Source of the DNA: Thermoplasmata archaeon
GTDB taxonomy: Archaea > Thermoplasmatota > Thermoplasmata > Lutacidiplasmatales > UBA184
Reading direction: 5' to 3'
NCBI GenBank assembly: GCA_022750375.1
Contig: JAKIVU010000004.1
Span: 25,076 to 89,075 of the forward strand
Length of the DNA: 64,000 nucleotides
Positions 18,762 to 29,920 of this stretch are shown here, piece after piece. The notes beneath the pieces are model-generated. The model did no database searches and had not been told where the DNA came from. It saw only the letters and a program-made list of their open reading frames with translations. Each line of letters begins with the position of its first letter. Within the stretch, counting starts at the first letter, position 1. Made by a program: the position numbers and the translations under genes.

Positions 18762-19711
18762 TCTTCGACTCCGAGGCGAGCGCGTTTCGCCACCCGAGAG
18801 CTCCAGCGCGCGAAATCACCGCGCCCGCTCGCCTCGACGATCCCGAGCACCACGGTGCCGTCGGCCGTTCGATGCGCGAAGGCAGGCGCCGTCCGTTCGG
18901 CCCGGCGGATCAGCCGTTGCTTGAGTTGCACCCCATCCTTGAACCGAGAGGAGCAGTAGTGGACGGGGACCGAAAGGCGGCTCTCCCGGACGACGCGCTC
19001 GGCGACCGCCCGGCTGCCCCGGACGCCCCAGCCGTTCCAAGGGTCGACCCGGTAGCCGCGTTCGTGCAGCTGATCCTCGTTCGTCTCGGAAAATTCGAGC
19101 TCGTTCAGGTTCACAAAGTCGACGCCGATCTCATCGAGGGTGACGAGCAGCCGTCGGAGCTCGGCTTCCTTCTCCGGCAGGACGGGGATCTCGACGCCCC
19201 GGCGGATCCCCCAGGCCGGCGCCGCCTCGAGCACCGCACGGTAGGCCCCGCCCGACCCCGAGAGCGGACCCCAGAGGTAGTGGGGGATATGGAGCCGGAA
19301 CTCGTCCAGCCCGGCGGTCGCCAACCGTTGAAGTTTCTCCGGGTTCGGCTCGTGCGTGTAGAGGTGGATGTTGTGTTCGGGCCCGAACTCGTTCTTCAGC
19401 AGGCGGACGTAATGCTCGACCCGGTCGACGACCCCCAGCGGGTCGCCGCCCGTGATGCCGGTTCCGGCGGCGCCGATCGCACGGGCCTCCGCGAGGACGT
19501 CGTCGTCGCACGTGACCCGCCGCTCGTTCGCGTAGATCCCATCGATCTGATTCCGGTTCGGGGATACGGGGCAGTAGAAGCAACGAAAGCGGCAGAGCCC
19601 CGTGACGAAGAGCACCATCTTGCGCCCTTCCTTGCACTGCACGCAGGCCGGGGAGAGGTCGCCCCGATAGCTGGACGCCATCGGCAACAAGTGCAGGCCA
19701 CTCGATTCCAT
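18572..19711 (-). CDS. radical SAM protein (archaeal PflA-related, uncharacterised subgroup)
   Basis: CxxxCxxC cluster in VTGLCRFRCFYCP. Trimmed from the 616-aa track ORF to ATG at 19711 (MESSGLH...), 56 nt after the upstream gene's stop. Confidence 0.8.
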   Translation of the reverse strand: MESSGLHLLPMASSYRGDLSPACVQCKEGRKMVLFVTGLCRFRCFYCPVSPNRNQIDGIYANERRVTCDDDVLAEARAIGAAGTGITGGDPLGVVDRVEHYVRLLKNEFGPEHNIHLYTHEPNPEKLQRLATAGLDEFRLHIPHYLWGPLSGSGGAYRAVLEAAPAWGIRRGVEIPVLPEKEAELRRLLVTLDEIGVDFVNLNELEFSETNEDQLHERGYRVDPWNGWGVRGSRAVAERVVRESRLSVPVHYCSSRFKDGVQLKQRLIRRAERTAPAFAHRTADGTVVLGIVEASGRGDFARWSSRVAKRARLGVEDYRVDPARRRVELDPAILRRVARRLPWPAFEVEVYPTEDALEVERNPLNSSARVKTGAVVGGT

Positions 19712-19767
19712 GGGAGCGACGGAGGTCGGGCTCTCGGTAAAAGCGTTGCCCGAAGCGCACCCGCGTC

Positions 19768-20325
19768 TCAGGCGGGCGACCGGCCGCGCAGAACGAGCAG
19801 CGTGCACGTCGCATGCGCGAACAGGGTTCCGGCCCGGTCGACCAGCTTCCCTTCCGCGGTCGAGACCGTCGAGCCGCCGTGGATGAGTCGGCCGTGGGCC
19901 TGCAACGGCCCCGAACTCACGACGACCGGTCGGACGAAGTTGACCTTCAGCTCGAGCGTCGTGTAGCCGACGCCCACCGGCAGGGTCGTCTGAAGGGCAC
20001 AACCCATCGCCGAATCGAGCAGGACCGCGATGATGCCGCCATGGACCGAGCCGAGCGGATTGTACAAGTATTCCGCCGGATCGAATTCGAACGTCGACGC
20101 GGAGGGTTCCACGGAGAGGAGACGCATCCCGACCAGGTCGGCGATCGGCGGCGGCGGGAGCTCCCCCGCCGCGATCTTGCGGAGAAAATCGATCCCACTC
20201 ATCCCCCGAGATGGGGCCGCAACGATCGCCGGGTCCACCCAGTGGATCGTGCGCGTCCGAGATGGCTCCGCCCGTGGGAGGTCGTCCCCGATGGGTGAAT
20301 CTCCCGACCCGTCCCCCGCGACCAT
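19768..20325 (-). CDS. PaaI-family hotdog-fold thioesterase
   Basis: NPLGSVHGGIIAVLLDSAMG core and N-terminal GIDFLRKIAAGELPPPPIADLVG, typical for the family. Confidence 0.75.
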   Translation of the reverse strand: MVAGDGSGDSPIGDDLPRAEPSRTRTIHWVDPAIVAAPSRGMSGIDFLRKIAAGELPPPPIADLVGMRLLSVEPSASTFEFDPAEYLYNPLGSVHGGIIAVLLDSAMGCALQTTLPVGVGYTTLELKVNFVRPVVVSSGPLQAHGRLIHGGSTVSTAEGKLVDRAGTLFAHATCTLLVLRGRSPA

Positions 20326-20501
20326 CGCACCAGTTCGGCGGAACGCCGGAGCGGTTTAGGGCTTGTCGGGCGGCTCCCCGGGGGCGGTTCGTCCCCTTCC
20401 GGTGGTGGCCGAACGCCACCAAGTGAGACCGAGGGGCGGTCGGGGCGCATGCTCAAATCCCCCGCCCGATTGGCCGCGACCGATTCCGGAGGAACTTCGC
20501 G

Positions 20502-21260
20502 ATGGAGATGCAACCCGGCCAGATGGCGTACGACCGCGCGAGCACTGTTTTCTCCCCGGACGGGCGGCTGTTCCAAGTGGAATACGCCCTGCAAGCGATC
20601 CAGATGGGCGGCACGGCGGTCGCCGTCACGTACGACACGGGGATCGTGTTCGTCGCATTCCGCAACCTGCCCGTGAGTTCGCTCGCCGACGCGGGGTCGG
20701 TCGAGAAGAGCTTCGCGGTCGACAGCGGACTCGGCTGCGTAACAGCCGGACTGATCGCGGACTCCCGTGTCCTCGTCGAGTTTCTACGGGTCGAGGCCCA
20801 GCGCCACCGGCTCACGTTCGGTGAGCCCGCACCCTATACCGTGCTCGGTCACGCGCTCGGGACGTTGCTCCAGCAATTCACCCAGTTCGGAGGTACCCGC
20901 CCGTTCGCGGTATCGCTCCTCCTCGGGGGGTTCAACGGTCGTACTCCCGGCTTGGTCGAGCTCGACCCGAGCGGCGCGACGATCGGCTGGAAGGCGTACG
21001 CGATCGGTCGCAACCGGCGGGCCGTCGCCGACTTTCTTGAGGAGAAGGTCACCGACAAGCTCGACGAAGAGGCTGCGTTCAAGCTCGCGGTGCAGGCGGT
21101 CGCGGAAGGTTCCCCCACCCCGTTCCAGCCCGAAGCGCTGGACGCGGCGATCCTCGAGCCCGAGAGCGAGCTCCGGCGACTCCCCGCCTCGGAGGTCACC
21201 CGCCGGGTCCAGGGACTGCCATTCATCGGCGCTCCCGAACGAAAATCGAACGGACGCTGA
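20502..21260 (+). CDS. psmA: proteasome subunit alpha
   Basis: YDRASTVFSPDGRLFQVEYA N-terminal signature. GGAGG lies 11 nt upstream of the ATG. Confidence 0.93.
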   Translation: MEMQPGQMAYDRASTVFSPDGRLFQVEYALQAIQMGGTAVAVTYDTGIVFVAFRNLPVSSLADAGSVEKSFAVDSGLGCVTAGLIADSRVLVEFLRVEAQRHRLTFGEPAPYTVLGHALGTLLQQFTQFGGTRPFAVSLLLGGFNGRTPGLVELDPSGATIGWKAYAIGRNRRAVADFLEEKVTDKLDEEAAFKLAVQAVAEGSPTPFQPEALDAAILEPESELRRLPASEVTRRVQGLPFIGAPERKSNGR

Positions 21261-21311
21261 AGCGCCTCGCCGCCTCCTCGAGGGTTAAGCGGCGCGGTCC
21301 CTGGGCTCAAC

Positions 21312-21851
21312 ATGGTTCGAAGTCTCGGGTTCACTCGTGAGGATGCCCGGGCGATCGTCGACTATAACCGCGCCATCCTCGACCGGTTCGTCCGCCGGGT
21401 GCGACGTCTTCCGGGGAAGGCGGCCACCCGCCGTCGAGGGATCGGTCACGAGTCGCTCTTCGATACCCTGGTCCACGTCCTCAACGTCCAGGAGGTTTGG
21501 TTCGTCTACATCCTTCGGGGACGGAACTCGGACGCCGAGCTCGAGAAGTTGTTCCAGGACCCTCTCCGCCGGCCCAAGGACTGGAAAGGGTTCGACCAGT
21601 ACTCGAAACGAGTCTGGACGGAGGTCGACGCGACCGTGCGGGGTCTCACGCCTCGCGCGCTCGGTCGTCGCGTGAGCGTATTCTGGATGCCGGGTCGATA
21701 CACGGTCCGGGACGGGATCCTCCAGGCGACGATCGAGGAGGCGCATCATCTCGGCGAGATCATCGGCGCCCTCTGGCAGGACGACGTGAAGCCTCCCGAT
21801 ATGACGTGGATCGACGTGCGACGGCCGCCCAAGGGAAAGCGGGCCGGCTGA
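21312..21851 (+). CDS. DinB-family (four-helix bundle, metal-binding) protein
   Basis: His-containing helices HESLFDTLVHVLNVQ and EEAHHLGEI. 179 aa. Confidence 0.65.
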   Translation: MVRSLGFTREDARAIVDYNRAILDRFVRRVRRLPGKAATRRRGIGHESLFDTLVHVLNVQEVWFVYILRGRNSDAELEKLFQDPLRRPKDWKGFDQYSKRVWTEVDATVRGLTPRALGRRVSVFWMPGRYTVRDGILQATIEEAHHLGEIIGALWQDDVKPPDMTWIDVRRPPKGKRAG

Positions 21852-23579
21852 TCAGCCGGACGTCGGTGGAGCGCGGGGCTCGGCCGCCTCGGCAAAATCC
21901 TCGCGGAGCCGCATCCGACGACGGGTCCGATGGTACGTCACCGCGAACCGGTGGGACTCATCGCGCACCGCCCGAAGGAGCAGCATCGGCGCCGCGTTCG
22001 GGTTCGGCTTGAGCGGCGTCGCGCGGTCGGCGAGATAAACCTCCTCCTCCCGTTTTGCGAGACCGATCACGGGGATCCGGTCGGTGAGGTTGAGCGCCGA
22101 GAGCGAGGCCAGGGCCGCGGAGAGTTGGCCCGCTCCGCCGTCGATGAGGAGCAGGTCGGGCAGGATCTCGGATTCTGCGACGCGCCGAAGATACCGGCGC
22201 CGTACGACCTCGGCGATCATCGCGAAGTCGTTCATCCCGGGAACGGTGCGGATCCGGAAGCGACGGTACTCGGAGCGTTTCGGCAGCCCCCGCTCGAACA
22301 CCACCAGAGACCCGACCGCCTCCGACCCCTGGAAGATGGAGATGTCCACGCCTTCGATCCGGTTCGGGATCGTCGGGAGAGACAGGAGGCTCTGCAGGGC
22401 GAGGAGTACCTCTCGGGGAGCCGCTCGCGGAGTCACCTGGTCGACGGTCGCACGCGCGAGTCGCTCGGCGAGACGTCCGAGCCCCGCGTAGCGACCGGTC
22501 GGTCGGAATTGGACTTCGGTGCCTCGCGAGGCGAACAGCTCGTCCAGCGTCGCGTCGATCCCCGCGGGCCGCGGCCCCACGATGTAGATCCGCTCGGGGA
22601 GCTCGATCCTCCCGCCGTAGTACTGGGTCAGGAACTGACGCAGGATCTCCCCGGGGTCCGGGAGGTCGTCCGCAGGGATCGTCACGAGGTGGGGTTCGGT
22701 CTGACGAACCTCCCCTTCCTCGACCCGCAGGAGACCCACGGCCACACGGAGGGTCGAAGCCTCCTGCGGGAAGGCGAGGGCGATCACGTCGGCCCGGGCG
22801 GAGCCGCGTCCGAGCACCGACTGGCGCTCCGCCAGCGCCCCGAGCCCGGCGAGCGCGTCCCGAAGGAGTGCCGCGCGCTCGAACTCCTGACGTCCCGCGG
22901 CCCGGCGCATTTCCTCCTCGACTTCCGGCCGCACGAGGGAGGACTGACCCCGGAGGATCGAGACCGCGCGGTCGATCCGGGAACGGTACGCGTCCCGGTC
23001 GATCGCGCCGATGCACGGAGCGCTGCAGACCTTGAGATGATAGTACAGACAGGCTTCCTTCGGGAGTCGTACGCACCGTCGAAGCTGGAACAGATCCCCG
23101 AGCAATCGTTCCACCCCCCGCGCCTCCCGCGCGCTCGTGTAGGGTCCGAAGAGCAATGTTCCGGGCCGACGACGAGGGCGGCGCACGAGGATGATCCTCG
23201 GGAACTCCTCTCCTGCCGTGACGGCCAGGTACGGGTAGCTCTTGTCGTCCTTCAGGAGCACATTGTACGGGGGCTGGTACTGCTTGACGAGGCTCGCTTC
23301 GAGGAGGAGCGCCTCGCGTTCGGTCGCCGTCGGCACGAACTCCACGCTCGCGCTCTCCGCGATGATCGACCCGTCCTTCTCGATCCGGGCCCGCAGATGG
23401 TCGAGCACGCGTCGGCGTAGGCTCCGCGCCTTCCCGACGTAGATCACGTCACCCTGCGCGGAACGGAAGAGGTAGACTCCGGGGGCATCGGGACCGGTGC
23501 GGAACCCGTCGCCCGACGCCGCCGCAAGCTGGCTCGCCGGTACGAATGCCGGCAGGTCGACCCGCCGTTCGCCGCTCAT
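21852..23579 (-). CDS. uvrC: excinuclease ABC subunit C
   Basis: GIY-YIG context GVYLFRSAQGDVIYVGKARSLRRRV. The ATG at 23579 overlaps the uvrA TGA (ATGA). The track ORF extends spuriously to 24149. Confidence 0.93.
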   Translation of the reverse strand: MSGERRVDLPAFVPASQLAAASGDGFRTGPDAPGVYLFRSAQGDVIYVGKARSLRRRVLDHLRARIEKDGSIIAESASVEFVPTATEREALLLEASLVKQYQPPYNVLLKDDKSYPYLAVTAGEEFPRIILVRRPRRRPGTLLFGPYTSAREARGVERLLGDLFQLRRCVRLPKEACLYYHLKVCSAPCIGAIDRDAYRSRIDRAVSILRGQSSLVRPEVEEEMRRAAGRQEFERAALLRDALAGLGALAERQSVLGRGSARADVIALAFPQEASTLRVAVGLLRVEEGEVRQTEPHLVTIPADDLPDPGEILRQFLTQYYGGRIELPERIYIVGPRPAGIDATLDELFASRGTEVQFRPTGRYAGLGRLAERLARATVDQVTPRAAPREVLLALQSLLSLPTIPNRIEGVDISIFQGSEAVGSLVVFERGLPKRSEYRRFRIRTVPGMNDFAMIAEVVRRRYLRRVAESEILPDLLLIDGGAGQLSAALASLSALNLTDRIPVIGLAKREEEVYLADRATPLKPNPNAAPMLLLRAVRDESHRFAVTYHRTRRRMRLREDFAEAAEPRAPPTSG

Positions 23580-26437
23580 CGACGTCGGGTGCGCAGGAGG
23601 GGCATCGTCGGGGCCAGGACCGGCTTCAGATACCGACCCGTGTGCGAGGCGGGAGTCCGGGCGACCTCCTCCGGCGTGCCCGCCACGACGACGTGCCCGC
23701 CCGCTCCTCCCCCCTCCGGGCCGAGGTCGATCAGCCAGTCGGCGGACTTGAGCACCTCGACGTTGTGCTCGATCACCACGACCGTGTTCCCTCCCGACCG
23801 GAGCCGGAAGAGGACTCCGAGCAGCCGCTCCACGTCCGCGAAATGGAGTCCGGTCGTCGGTTCGTCGAGGAGGTAGAGTGTCTTGCCCGTCGGAGGCTTC
23901 GCGAGCTCGTAGGCGATCTTGATCCGCTGCGCCTCGCCGCCCGAAAGCGTCGTGGCGCTCTGCCCCAGGCGGACGTAGCCGAGCCCGACCTCGGCGAGCA
24001 GGCGGAGTCGGCTCTCGATCCGTCGGTGGTGCTGGAAGAATTCGAGGGCGACGTCGACGGTCATCGCAAGGACGTCCGCGATCGTCTTGCCCTTGAACTT
24101 CACCTCGAGAGTTTCTTCGTTGAACCGCTTTCCGCCGCACTCCTCGCACGCGACGTAGACGTCCGGGAGAAAGTGCATCTCATACCGGATCACGCCATCG
24201 CCCTCGCACGCCTCGCATCGCCCGCCGGCGACGTTGAAGCTGAATCGGCCCGGTGCGAATCCACGCGCCTTCGCCTCCGGCAGGCTCGCGTACAGCTCCC
24301 GCACTGGGGTCATCACGCCGGTGTACGTCGCGGGATTGCTGCGTGGGGTGCGCCCGATCGGCGACTGGTCAATGAGGAGCACCCGGTCGATCTCGTCGAT
24401 CCCCTCGATGTAGTCATGCTTGCCGGGGCTGTCGCGGCCGAGCCCGAGGTGCCGGCGCACCGCCTTGTAGAGGATCTCCTCGAGGACGGTCGATTTCCCG
24501 CTTCCGGAGACTCCCGAGAACGCGACGAAGAGCCCGAGCGGGATCCGTACCTCTTCGCCCTTCAGGTTGTGTTCCCGCGGTCCATGGATCGTGAGGAACC
24601 GCTGACCCAGCGATGCCCGGCGTTCCGGGACCGCGATCGACCGTTGGCCCGAGAGGAACTGCGCGGTCACCGAGCGCGGGGTGCCGGCGATCGCCGCCGG
24701 CAGACCCGAGTAGAGGATCTCGCCGCCGTGGACGCCCGCGCCGGGCCCGAGGTCGACCAACCAATCGGACTCTCGCATCGTCATCTCGTCGTGCTCGACG
24801 ACGAGGAGGGTGTTCCCGAGGTCCCGCAGGGTCTTGAGCGTCGACAGGAGACGTGCGTGATCGCGGGGGTGGAGACCGATCGATGGCTCGTCGAGGATGT
24901 AGAGGACCCCGACCAGTCCCGACCCGATCTGGGTCGCGAGCGCGATCCGCTCGGCTTCGCCGCCCGAAAGGGTCCCCGAACCGCGGTCGAGGGTGAGGTA
25001 GGTGAGCCCGACGTTCTCGAGGAACCGCAGTCGCGACCGAATCTCCTTGACGACCTGGCCCACGATCTGTTCGTCCCGTTCCATCAGGGTGAGCGCGCGA
25101 AACAGCTCGGCCGCATCGAGCACCGTCATCGCGGCGACATCGGCGATCGACTTGCCTTCGACCGTGACCGCGAGGCTCGCCGGCTTCAGACGCTTCCCAC
25201 CGCACCTCAGGCACGGTTTGAACGAGAGGAACCCGAGGTAGTACTCCTTCGCGCTCTCGCTCTTCGTCGACTTCCAGCGGCGTTCGACGGCGGCGACCAG
25301 CCCCTCCCGGAGCCACCCGGTACCCCACCAATGGCCCGGACCGCGGACGGACCAACCGAGGCTTTTGTCCGAACCGTACATCATCGCCTTCCACCCTTTC
25401 TCGGAGAGTTCCCGGACCGGGCGGTTCGGTCGATAGTCGAACATCGCGGCAAAGTCGGCGAGTCCCCGCGCGTCCGGGGTCAATCCCCAGACCGCGATCG
25501 CTTTCGCGAGCGGTTTCTCCTTGTCGGGAACGATCCGGTCGGGGTCGGCGTGGAGCGTCGCCCCGATCCCGAGGCACTCGGGGCAGGCGCCGAACGGATT
25601 GTTGAACGAGAACATCCGCGGGGTGAGCTCTTCGATGGAGAACCCGCACTCCGGGCAGGCGCGCCGACTCGAGAACGTCTCTCGCGCGCCGCCCGGTAAC
25701 CGGAGGATCACGAGGCCGTCACCGAGGTCCCGCGCAAGGGCGATCGCTTCCGCGAGCCGGGTCTCCTCGCCGGGGACGACCTCGAAACTGTCGACGATCA
25801 CCTCGATGGTGTGCTTCTTGTTCTTCTCGAGGTGGACCTCCGGACCCGGGAGCCGGACCTCGACCCCGTCGAGGACGAACCGCCGGTAGCCGGACTTTCG
25901 CAGCCGCTCGAGCACATCCCGGTGCTCGCCCTTCATCGCACGGACGACCGGCGCGATCAGATCGACCTTCGCTCTCTTCGCCCGGGACGTGACCGCTTCC
26001 GAGATCCGGTCGACCGACTGCGGCGATATCTCGTGCCCGTCGTTCGGGCAATGGGGGACCCCGATCCGCGCGTAGAGCAGACGGAGGTAATCGTAGATCT
26101 CCGTCACCGTGCCGACCGTCGACCGGGGATTTCGGCTCCCTGCCCGTTGTTCGATCGCGATCGCGGGCGACAGTCCGTCGATCGTGTCGACGTCGGGCTT
26201 GTCCATCTGGCCGAGGAACTGACGTGCATACGACGAGAGGCTCTCGATGTAGCGGCGCTGGCCTTCCGCATACAGTGTATCGAACGCGAGGGATGACTTT
26301 CCCGAGCCACTCACCCCGGTGATGACGATGAACTTCCCTCGGGGGAGGTCGAGCGAGACGTTCTTGAGATTGTGCTGACGCGCGCCGCGGATGCGAATCG
26401 CGTCGGACGGTTCGGCCACGTTCTCCTCCGGGCTCAC
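23576..26437 (-). CDS. uvrA: excinuclease ABC subunit A
   Basis: Two ABC modules ([23 protein letters not shown]; [12 protein letters not shown]), signature LSGGEAQR, and zinc modules. The GTG at 26437 overlaps the upstream TGA (GTGA). Confidence 0.95.
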   Translation of the reverse strand: MSPEENVAEPSDAIRIRGARQHNLKNVSLDLPRGKFIVITGVSGSGKSSLAFDTLYAEGQRRYIESLSSYARQFLGQMDKPDVDTIDGLSPAIAIEQRAGSRNPRSTVGTVTEIYDYLRLLYARIGVPHCPNDGHEISPQSVDRISEAVTSRAKRAKVDLIAPVVRAMKGEHRDVLERLRKSGYRRFVLDGVEVRLPGPEVHLEKNKKHTIEVIVDSFEVVPGEETRLAEAIALARDLGDGLVILRLPGGARETFSSRRACPECGFSIEELTPRMFSFNNPFGACPECLGIGATLHADPDRIVPDKEKPLAKAIAVWGLTPDARGLADFAAMFDYRPNRPVRELSEKGWKAMMYGSDKSLGWSVRGPGHWWGTGWLREGLVAAVERRWKSTKSESAKEYYLGFLSFKPCLRCGGKRLKPASLAVTVEGKSIADVAAMTVLDAAELFRALTLMERDEQIVGQVVKEIRSRLRFLENVGLTYLTLDRGSGTLSGGEAERIALATQIGSGLVGVLYILDEPSIGLHPRDHARLLSTLKTLRDLGNTLLVVEHDEMTMRESDWLVDLGPGAGVHGGEILYSGLPAAIAGTPRSVTAQFLSGQRSIAVPERRASLGQRFLTIHGPREHNLKGEEVRIPLGLFVAFSGVSGSGKSTVLEEILYKAVRRHLGLGRDSPGKHDYIEGIDEIDRVLLIDQSPIGRTPRSNPATYTGVMTPVRELYASLPEAKARGFAPGRFSFNVAGGRCEACEGDGVIRYEMHFLPDVYVACEECGGKRFNEETLEVKFKGKTIADVLAMTVDVALEFFQHHRRIESRLRLLAEVGLGYVRLGQSATTLSGGEAQRIKIAYELAKPPTGKTLYLLDEPTTGLHFADVERLLGVLFRLRSGGNTVVVIEHNVEVLKSADWLIDLGPEGGGAGGHVVVAGTPEEVARTPASHTGRYLKPVLAPTMPLLRTRRR

Positions 26438-27156
26438 GCGGGAAGTAGCTGGCGGACCGTTTCGACGAGGCGGTCGAGGACATAGCTCTGCACGCGGTGA
26501 CCGAGCCCGGCGGTCGCGGGGCGAGTGTCGCCCATCACGCTCTCCGGCCACTCTGCCTCCGTTGCGGCGCCTGGGAGGAACGGACTTCGGTGATTCTCCG
26601 CGACGGGCCGCTCGGCGCCCACCGTCTCCGGGGCCAGGGCCAGGACACGCGACGTTTCGAGGAGGCCGGCGTGCCCGTCGGTGGCCGGGGACTCCCGGCC
26701 GCGAAGTTCGTAGACGAACTCGTAATCGCACAGTACGACCACCCGGACCCCCGGATGGGTTCGCATCGTGTCGTCGCCCGCCTCGCGCAGCGCGGCCATG
26801 TGGCCTCGCTCCCCGTGCCCCGAAAGGACGAGGAAACGACGCACCCCCGAGCGCGCGAGCTCCGACAGGACGCCCGCTACGTACGTCTCAAGCGACGCCA
26901 TTGGGAGCGAGACCGTCCCGGGAAATCGACGCGCGCCGGGGGCCGAACCGTACGGGACCGTCGGCGCGACCAGGGCGTCCACCCGTTCGGCGAGCGCACC
27001 GGCCGTCACCTCGGCCTGGATCTGGTCGGCCCCGAGGGGCAGGTGGGGTCCGTGGGCCTCGAGCGCACCGACCGGAACGATCACGAGAGGATTCGACGCG
27101 ATCCGACCCTCGAAGGTCCGGGAATCAAGGTCGATGAGACGGCGGGAATTGTTCAC
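26434..27156 (-). CDS. creatininase-family amidohydrolase (ArfB/creatinine amidohydrolase-like)
   Basis: VPVGALEAHGPHLPLGAD and SGHG motifs. 240 aa. Confidence 0.8.
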   Translation of the reverse strand: MNNSRRLIDLDSRTFEGRIASNPLVIVPVGALEAHGPHLPLGADQIQAEVTAGALAERVDALVAPTVPYGSAPGARRFPGTVSLPMASLETYVAGVLSELARSGVRRFLVLSGHGERGHMAALREAGDDTMRTHPGVRVVVLCDYEFVYELRGRESPATDGHAGLLETSRVLALAPETVGAERPVAENHRSPFLPGAATEAEWPESVMGDTRPATAGLGHRVQSYVLDRLVETVRQLLPA

Positions 27157-27281
27157 GGGAGTAACGACGAGCCCTCGGTATTTAACGCGGGCCGAGAGGT
27201 GAAGAAACGGGCGGCCCGGGAAGCAGGAGGGGCCGACCTCTTAGGTCCGCGACGTGTGGTCGCCGGTTTGCGGCCGGCGGA

Positions 27282-29777
27282 TTACGGAGGGGTCGGTGCG
27301 GTGCCCGCGGGTGCCGGGCCGCGCGAGGCGTCGGACGTTTTCGCGGTCCGTCGACGGGGTCGGGGCGCCGTGCCCTCGGCGGGTGTAGTCGGGACCGGAG
27401 CCGTCGCCCGCTTCTTCCGGGGGCTCTTCGCTTTCGCCTTCGCCTTCGCGATGGCCTCCTTGGCCGCCTTCTTCTCGGCCCTCGCCTCGGCTTCCTTCAC
27501 GCGGGAAGGGCAGGCCGGATTGATGCACAGCGTCCAGGGCGGACGACCGGCCTCGATGGCGGTGACGACCGGCGCGCCACAGTCCGGGCACGGCGGCTGG
27601 TCCTTCTCGAGCTTTCCCCGCTGGGGGAGCGGGTAGGTCACCCGACAGGTCGGGTAGCCGGTGCATCCGACGAACCGCTTCCCGAGGAACGAGTATCGAA
27701 TCTCGAGGGGGTTCTTGCAGCTGGGGCAGGTGCCGATGCGGAACGCCTTGTGGTGCTCCGGACATTCCGGATTGACGCAGTAGAGGTCGGGCCGCTGGCC
27801 TCGGAACGTGATCTTCAGCCGCGGGACTTTGCACGTAGCGCAGAGGAACTCCGGCGCCGGTTCGATGAATCCGGCGGCGGGCAATGCGTAGGTCGCGGTG
27901 CACGACGCCGGGTTGTTGACGCACTGGATCCAACGCGACCCCCGCGGGCTCCGGGCGAGCAGGAGCGCCCCCCCGCACTTGGGACACGGGCCAACGAAAT
28001 GCTGGCGGTCCAGCGCTCCGGTCAGCGTCTCGTGGACCCCGGCGGCGTTCGCTGTGAGGAGTGCGTGGGCCTCGCGCAGCATCTCCCGAGATTCTTCGAG
28101 CACTTCGGCTTTCGGTTTCTTCGACTGGGCGACCAGCTCCATGTCCTCTTCGAGCCGGTGGGTCATCTCGGGCCGCGTGATCACGGGGGCGTGGGCCCGG
28201 AGGGCTTCCGTCACCGCGATGCCCGTCGTGGTGGGCTCGAGTTGACGCTGGTTCACGTAGTGACGGTCAAACAGCTTCTGCAGCACGTCGTGCCGCGTGC
28301 TCTTCGTGCCGAGGCCGAGGCGCTCCATCTCTTGGATCAACGACCCTTGCGTGTAGCGACGGGGGGGCTTCGTGTGGTCCTCCATCAGCTCGACCCTCGG
28401 TATGTTGACGGTCTCACCGGCGACGAGGACGGGCATCGGCGACTGCTCGGGTTGAGAGTAAGGGTAGACCCGGTACCATCCAGGGTCGGTGAGGCGCTGC
28501 CCCTTCCCTTCGAATGGCTCCCCGCGGATCTCCACCGCGGCGATCCGCGCGATGCCGACCGCGTCCGGAGCGAGCGTCGCTAGGAAGCGGCGGACCACGA
28601 GCTCGTAGACTTTCGCGTGGTCGGGGCGCAGCTTCTTCGGGTCGACGACCCCGGTCGGATAGATCGGCGGATGGTCCGTTGTCTCCGTTCGACCGCGGGT
28701 CGGCCGGAAGCTCGGCTGTTGCAGGACGAACTCGGCGGCCTCGGCGAACGGGCCGTCCTTGAACTTCTCGACGAGGGTCCGAAGACCCAGGCCCCGCGGG
28801 TAGACGGTATTGTCCGTCCGCGGGTAGCTGATCAGCCCTTGCGTGTAGAGGTCTTCGGCAATCCGCATCGCCATCGATGCGCCGAGGCCCTGGCGCGTCG
28901 CCTCCGCGACGAAGAGGGTGGTCGAGAACGGGATCGGGGGTCGACGCCGGGTCTCTTCTTCCTTGAACTCCTTGACCAGGCCGTTCGTCGCGCCCTCGAG
29001 CCGCCGGAAGACCGCCTCGGCCTCGCCCTTCTCCTCCCAGATCCCGTGCGTGTGGCGAAGACGGAACGCTTCGCCTCCCTTCTCGCCGTCGGCGGCGATT
29101 TCCCAGTACGGTGTAGGGACGAACTCCTTGATCGCCTGGTCGCGCTCGACCAGCAGGGCGAGGGTGGGTGTCTGGACTCGCCCGACGGAGAGGAACCCCC
29201 GGCCGCGCTGCTGGGCGGTGAGCGAAAGATACCGAGTGAGGAGCGCGCCCCAAACGAGGTCGATCTCCTGGCGCGCGGAGGCGGCTTCGGCGAGGGCGGT
29301 GTCCAGCGTCTGAAGGTTCGTGAAGCTCCGCTCGATCTCGTCCCGCGTGAGCGCGCTGTACCGCGCCCGCTCGACCTTGATCTTCGGGTGAACCTTCTGA
29401 AGGAGTTCGAGGCACTCTTGGCCGATGAGCTCTCCTTCTCGGTCGAAATCGGTGGCGATGATCACGCGGTCGTACCCGCGTACGATCGATTGGAGGGCGG
29501 TGACAATGCCCGTCTCGGTCACCCGCTTCAGGGGGGTCGTCTCGAGGAGTTTCGGTAGACCCGCGAGGGTCCACTCCTTCAGCTCGGGAGGATAGTCAAG
29601 CTCGACTATGTGGCCCCGCAATCCGACGACCGCGTAGGGTCCCTCCGGGCGCTCGAACTCGAAGACGTTCGTCCCTTCGATCCGCGACCGCTTCATGCGG
29701 CCGTCGGAAAGGACCACCGCGATGCGGAGGGCGGTGTTGAACTTCTCCGCGACGACCAGGGTTCGGAGCTTTGCCAC
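27282..29777 (-). CDS. topA: type IA DNA topoisomerase with four C-terminal zinc ribbons and a Lys/Ala/Pro-rich tail
   Basis: Toprim DFDREGE, active-site Tyr context GLISYPRTDN, four CxxC...CxxC modules, and a tail AKEAIAKAKAKAKSPRKKR... Confidence 0.92.
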   Translation of the reverse strand: MAKLRTLVVAEKFNTALRIAVVLSDGRMKRSRIEGTNVFEFERPEGPYAVVGLRGHIVELDYPPELKEWTLAGLPKLLETTPLKRVTETGIVTALQSIVRGYDRVIIATDFDREGELIGQECLELLQKVHPKIKVERARYSALTRDEIERSFTNLQTLDTALAEAASARQEIDLVWGALLTRYLSLTAQQRGRGFLSVGRVQTPTLALLVERDQAIKEFVPTPYWEIAADGEKGGEAFRLRHTHGIWEEKGEAEAVFRRLEGATNGLVKEFKEEETRRRPPIPFSTTLFVAEATRQGLGASMAMRIAEDLYTQGLISYPRTDNTVYPRGLGLRTLVEKFKDGPFAEAAEFVLQQPSFRPTRGRTETTDHPPIYPTGVVDPKKLRPDHAKVYELVVRRFLATLAPDAVGIARIAAVEIRGEPFEGKGQRLTDPGWYRVYPYSQPEQSPMPVLVAGETVNIPRVELMEDHTKPPRRYTQGSLIQEMERLGLGTKSTRHDVLQKLFDRHYVNQRQLEPTTTGIAVTEALRAHAPVITRPEMTHRLEEDMELVAQSKKPKAEVLEESREMLREAHALLTANAAGVHETLTGALDRQHFVGPCPKCGGALLLARSPRGSRWIQCVNNPASCTATYALPAAGFIEPAPEFLCATCKVPRLKITFRGQRPDLYCVNPECPEHHKAFRIGTCPSCKNPLEIRYSFLGKRFVGCTGYPTCRVTYPLPQRGKLEKDQPPCPDCGAPVVTAIEAGRPPWTLCINPACPSRVKEAEARAEKKAAKEAIAKAKAKAKSPRKKRATAPVPTTPAEGTAPRPRRRTAKTSDASRGPAPAGTAPTPP

Positions 29778-29920
29778 GACCCGAAGAGGTCGGCTCGCCT
29801 AGATAAGAGTCGCCCGCTGCCGCCGAGAAAAACCTCCGCTGAACGTGGGCGCGCGCGTTCGACCGGACGGTTCCGGGCGGACGGCGGGAAAACCCATCAG
29901 GGGCGTCGGCTTGAGCCGTT

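Noticed and set aside
23546-25699. Very long ORFs antisense to real genes (e.g. 23546-25699 + opposite uvrA, 38049-40046 - opposite tuf/rps10, 44853-46910 - opposite dnaJ, 15241-17502 + opposite lonB, 10124-10909 -).
   Set aside because: Their translations are dominated by Arg/Pro/Gly/Asp runs with no motifs. The opposite strand encodes unmistakable conserved proteins. This is the typical stop-codon-poor shadow frame of GC-rich DNA.
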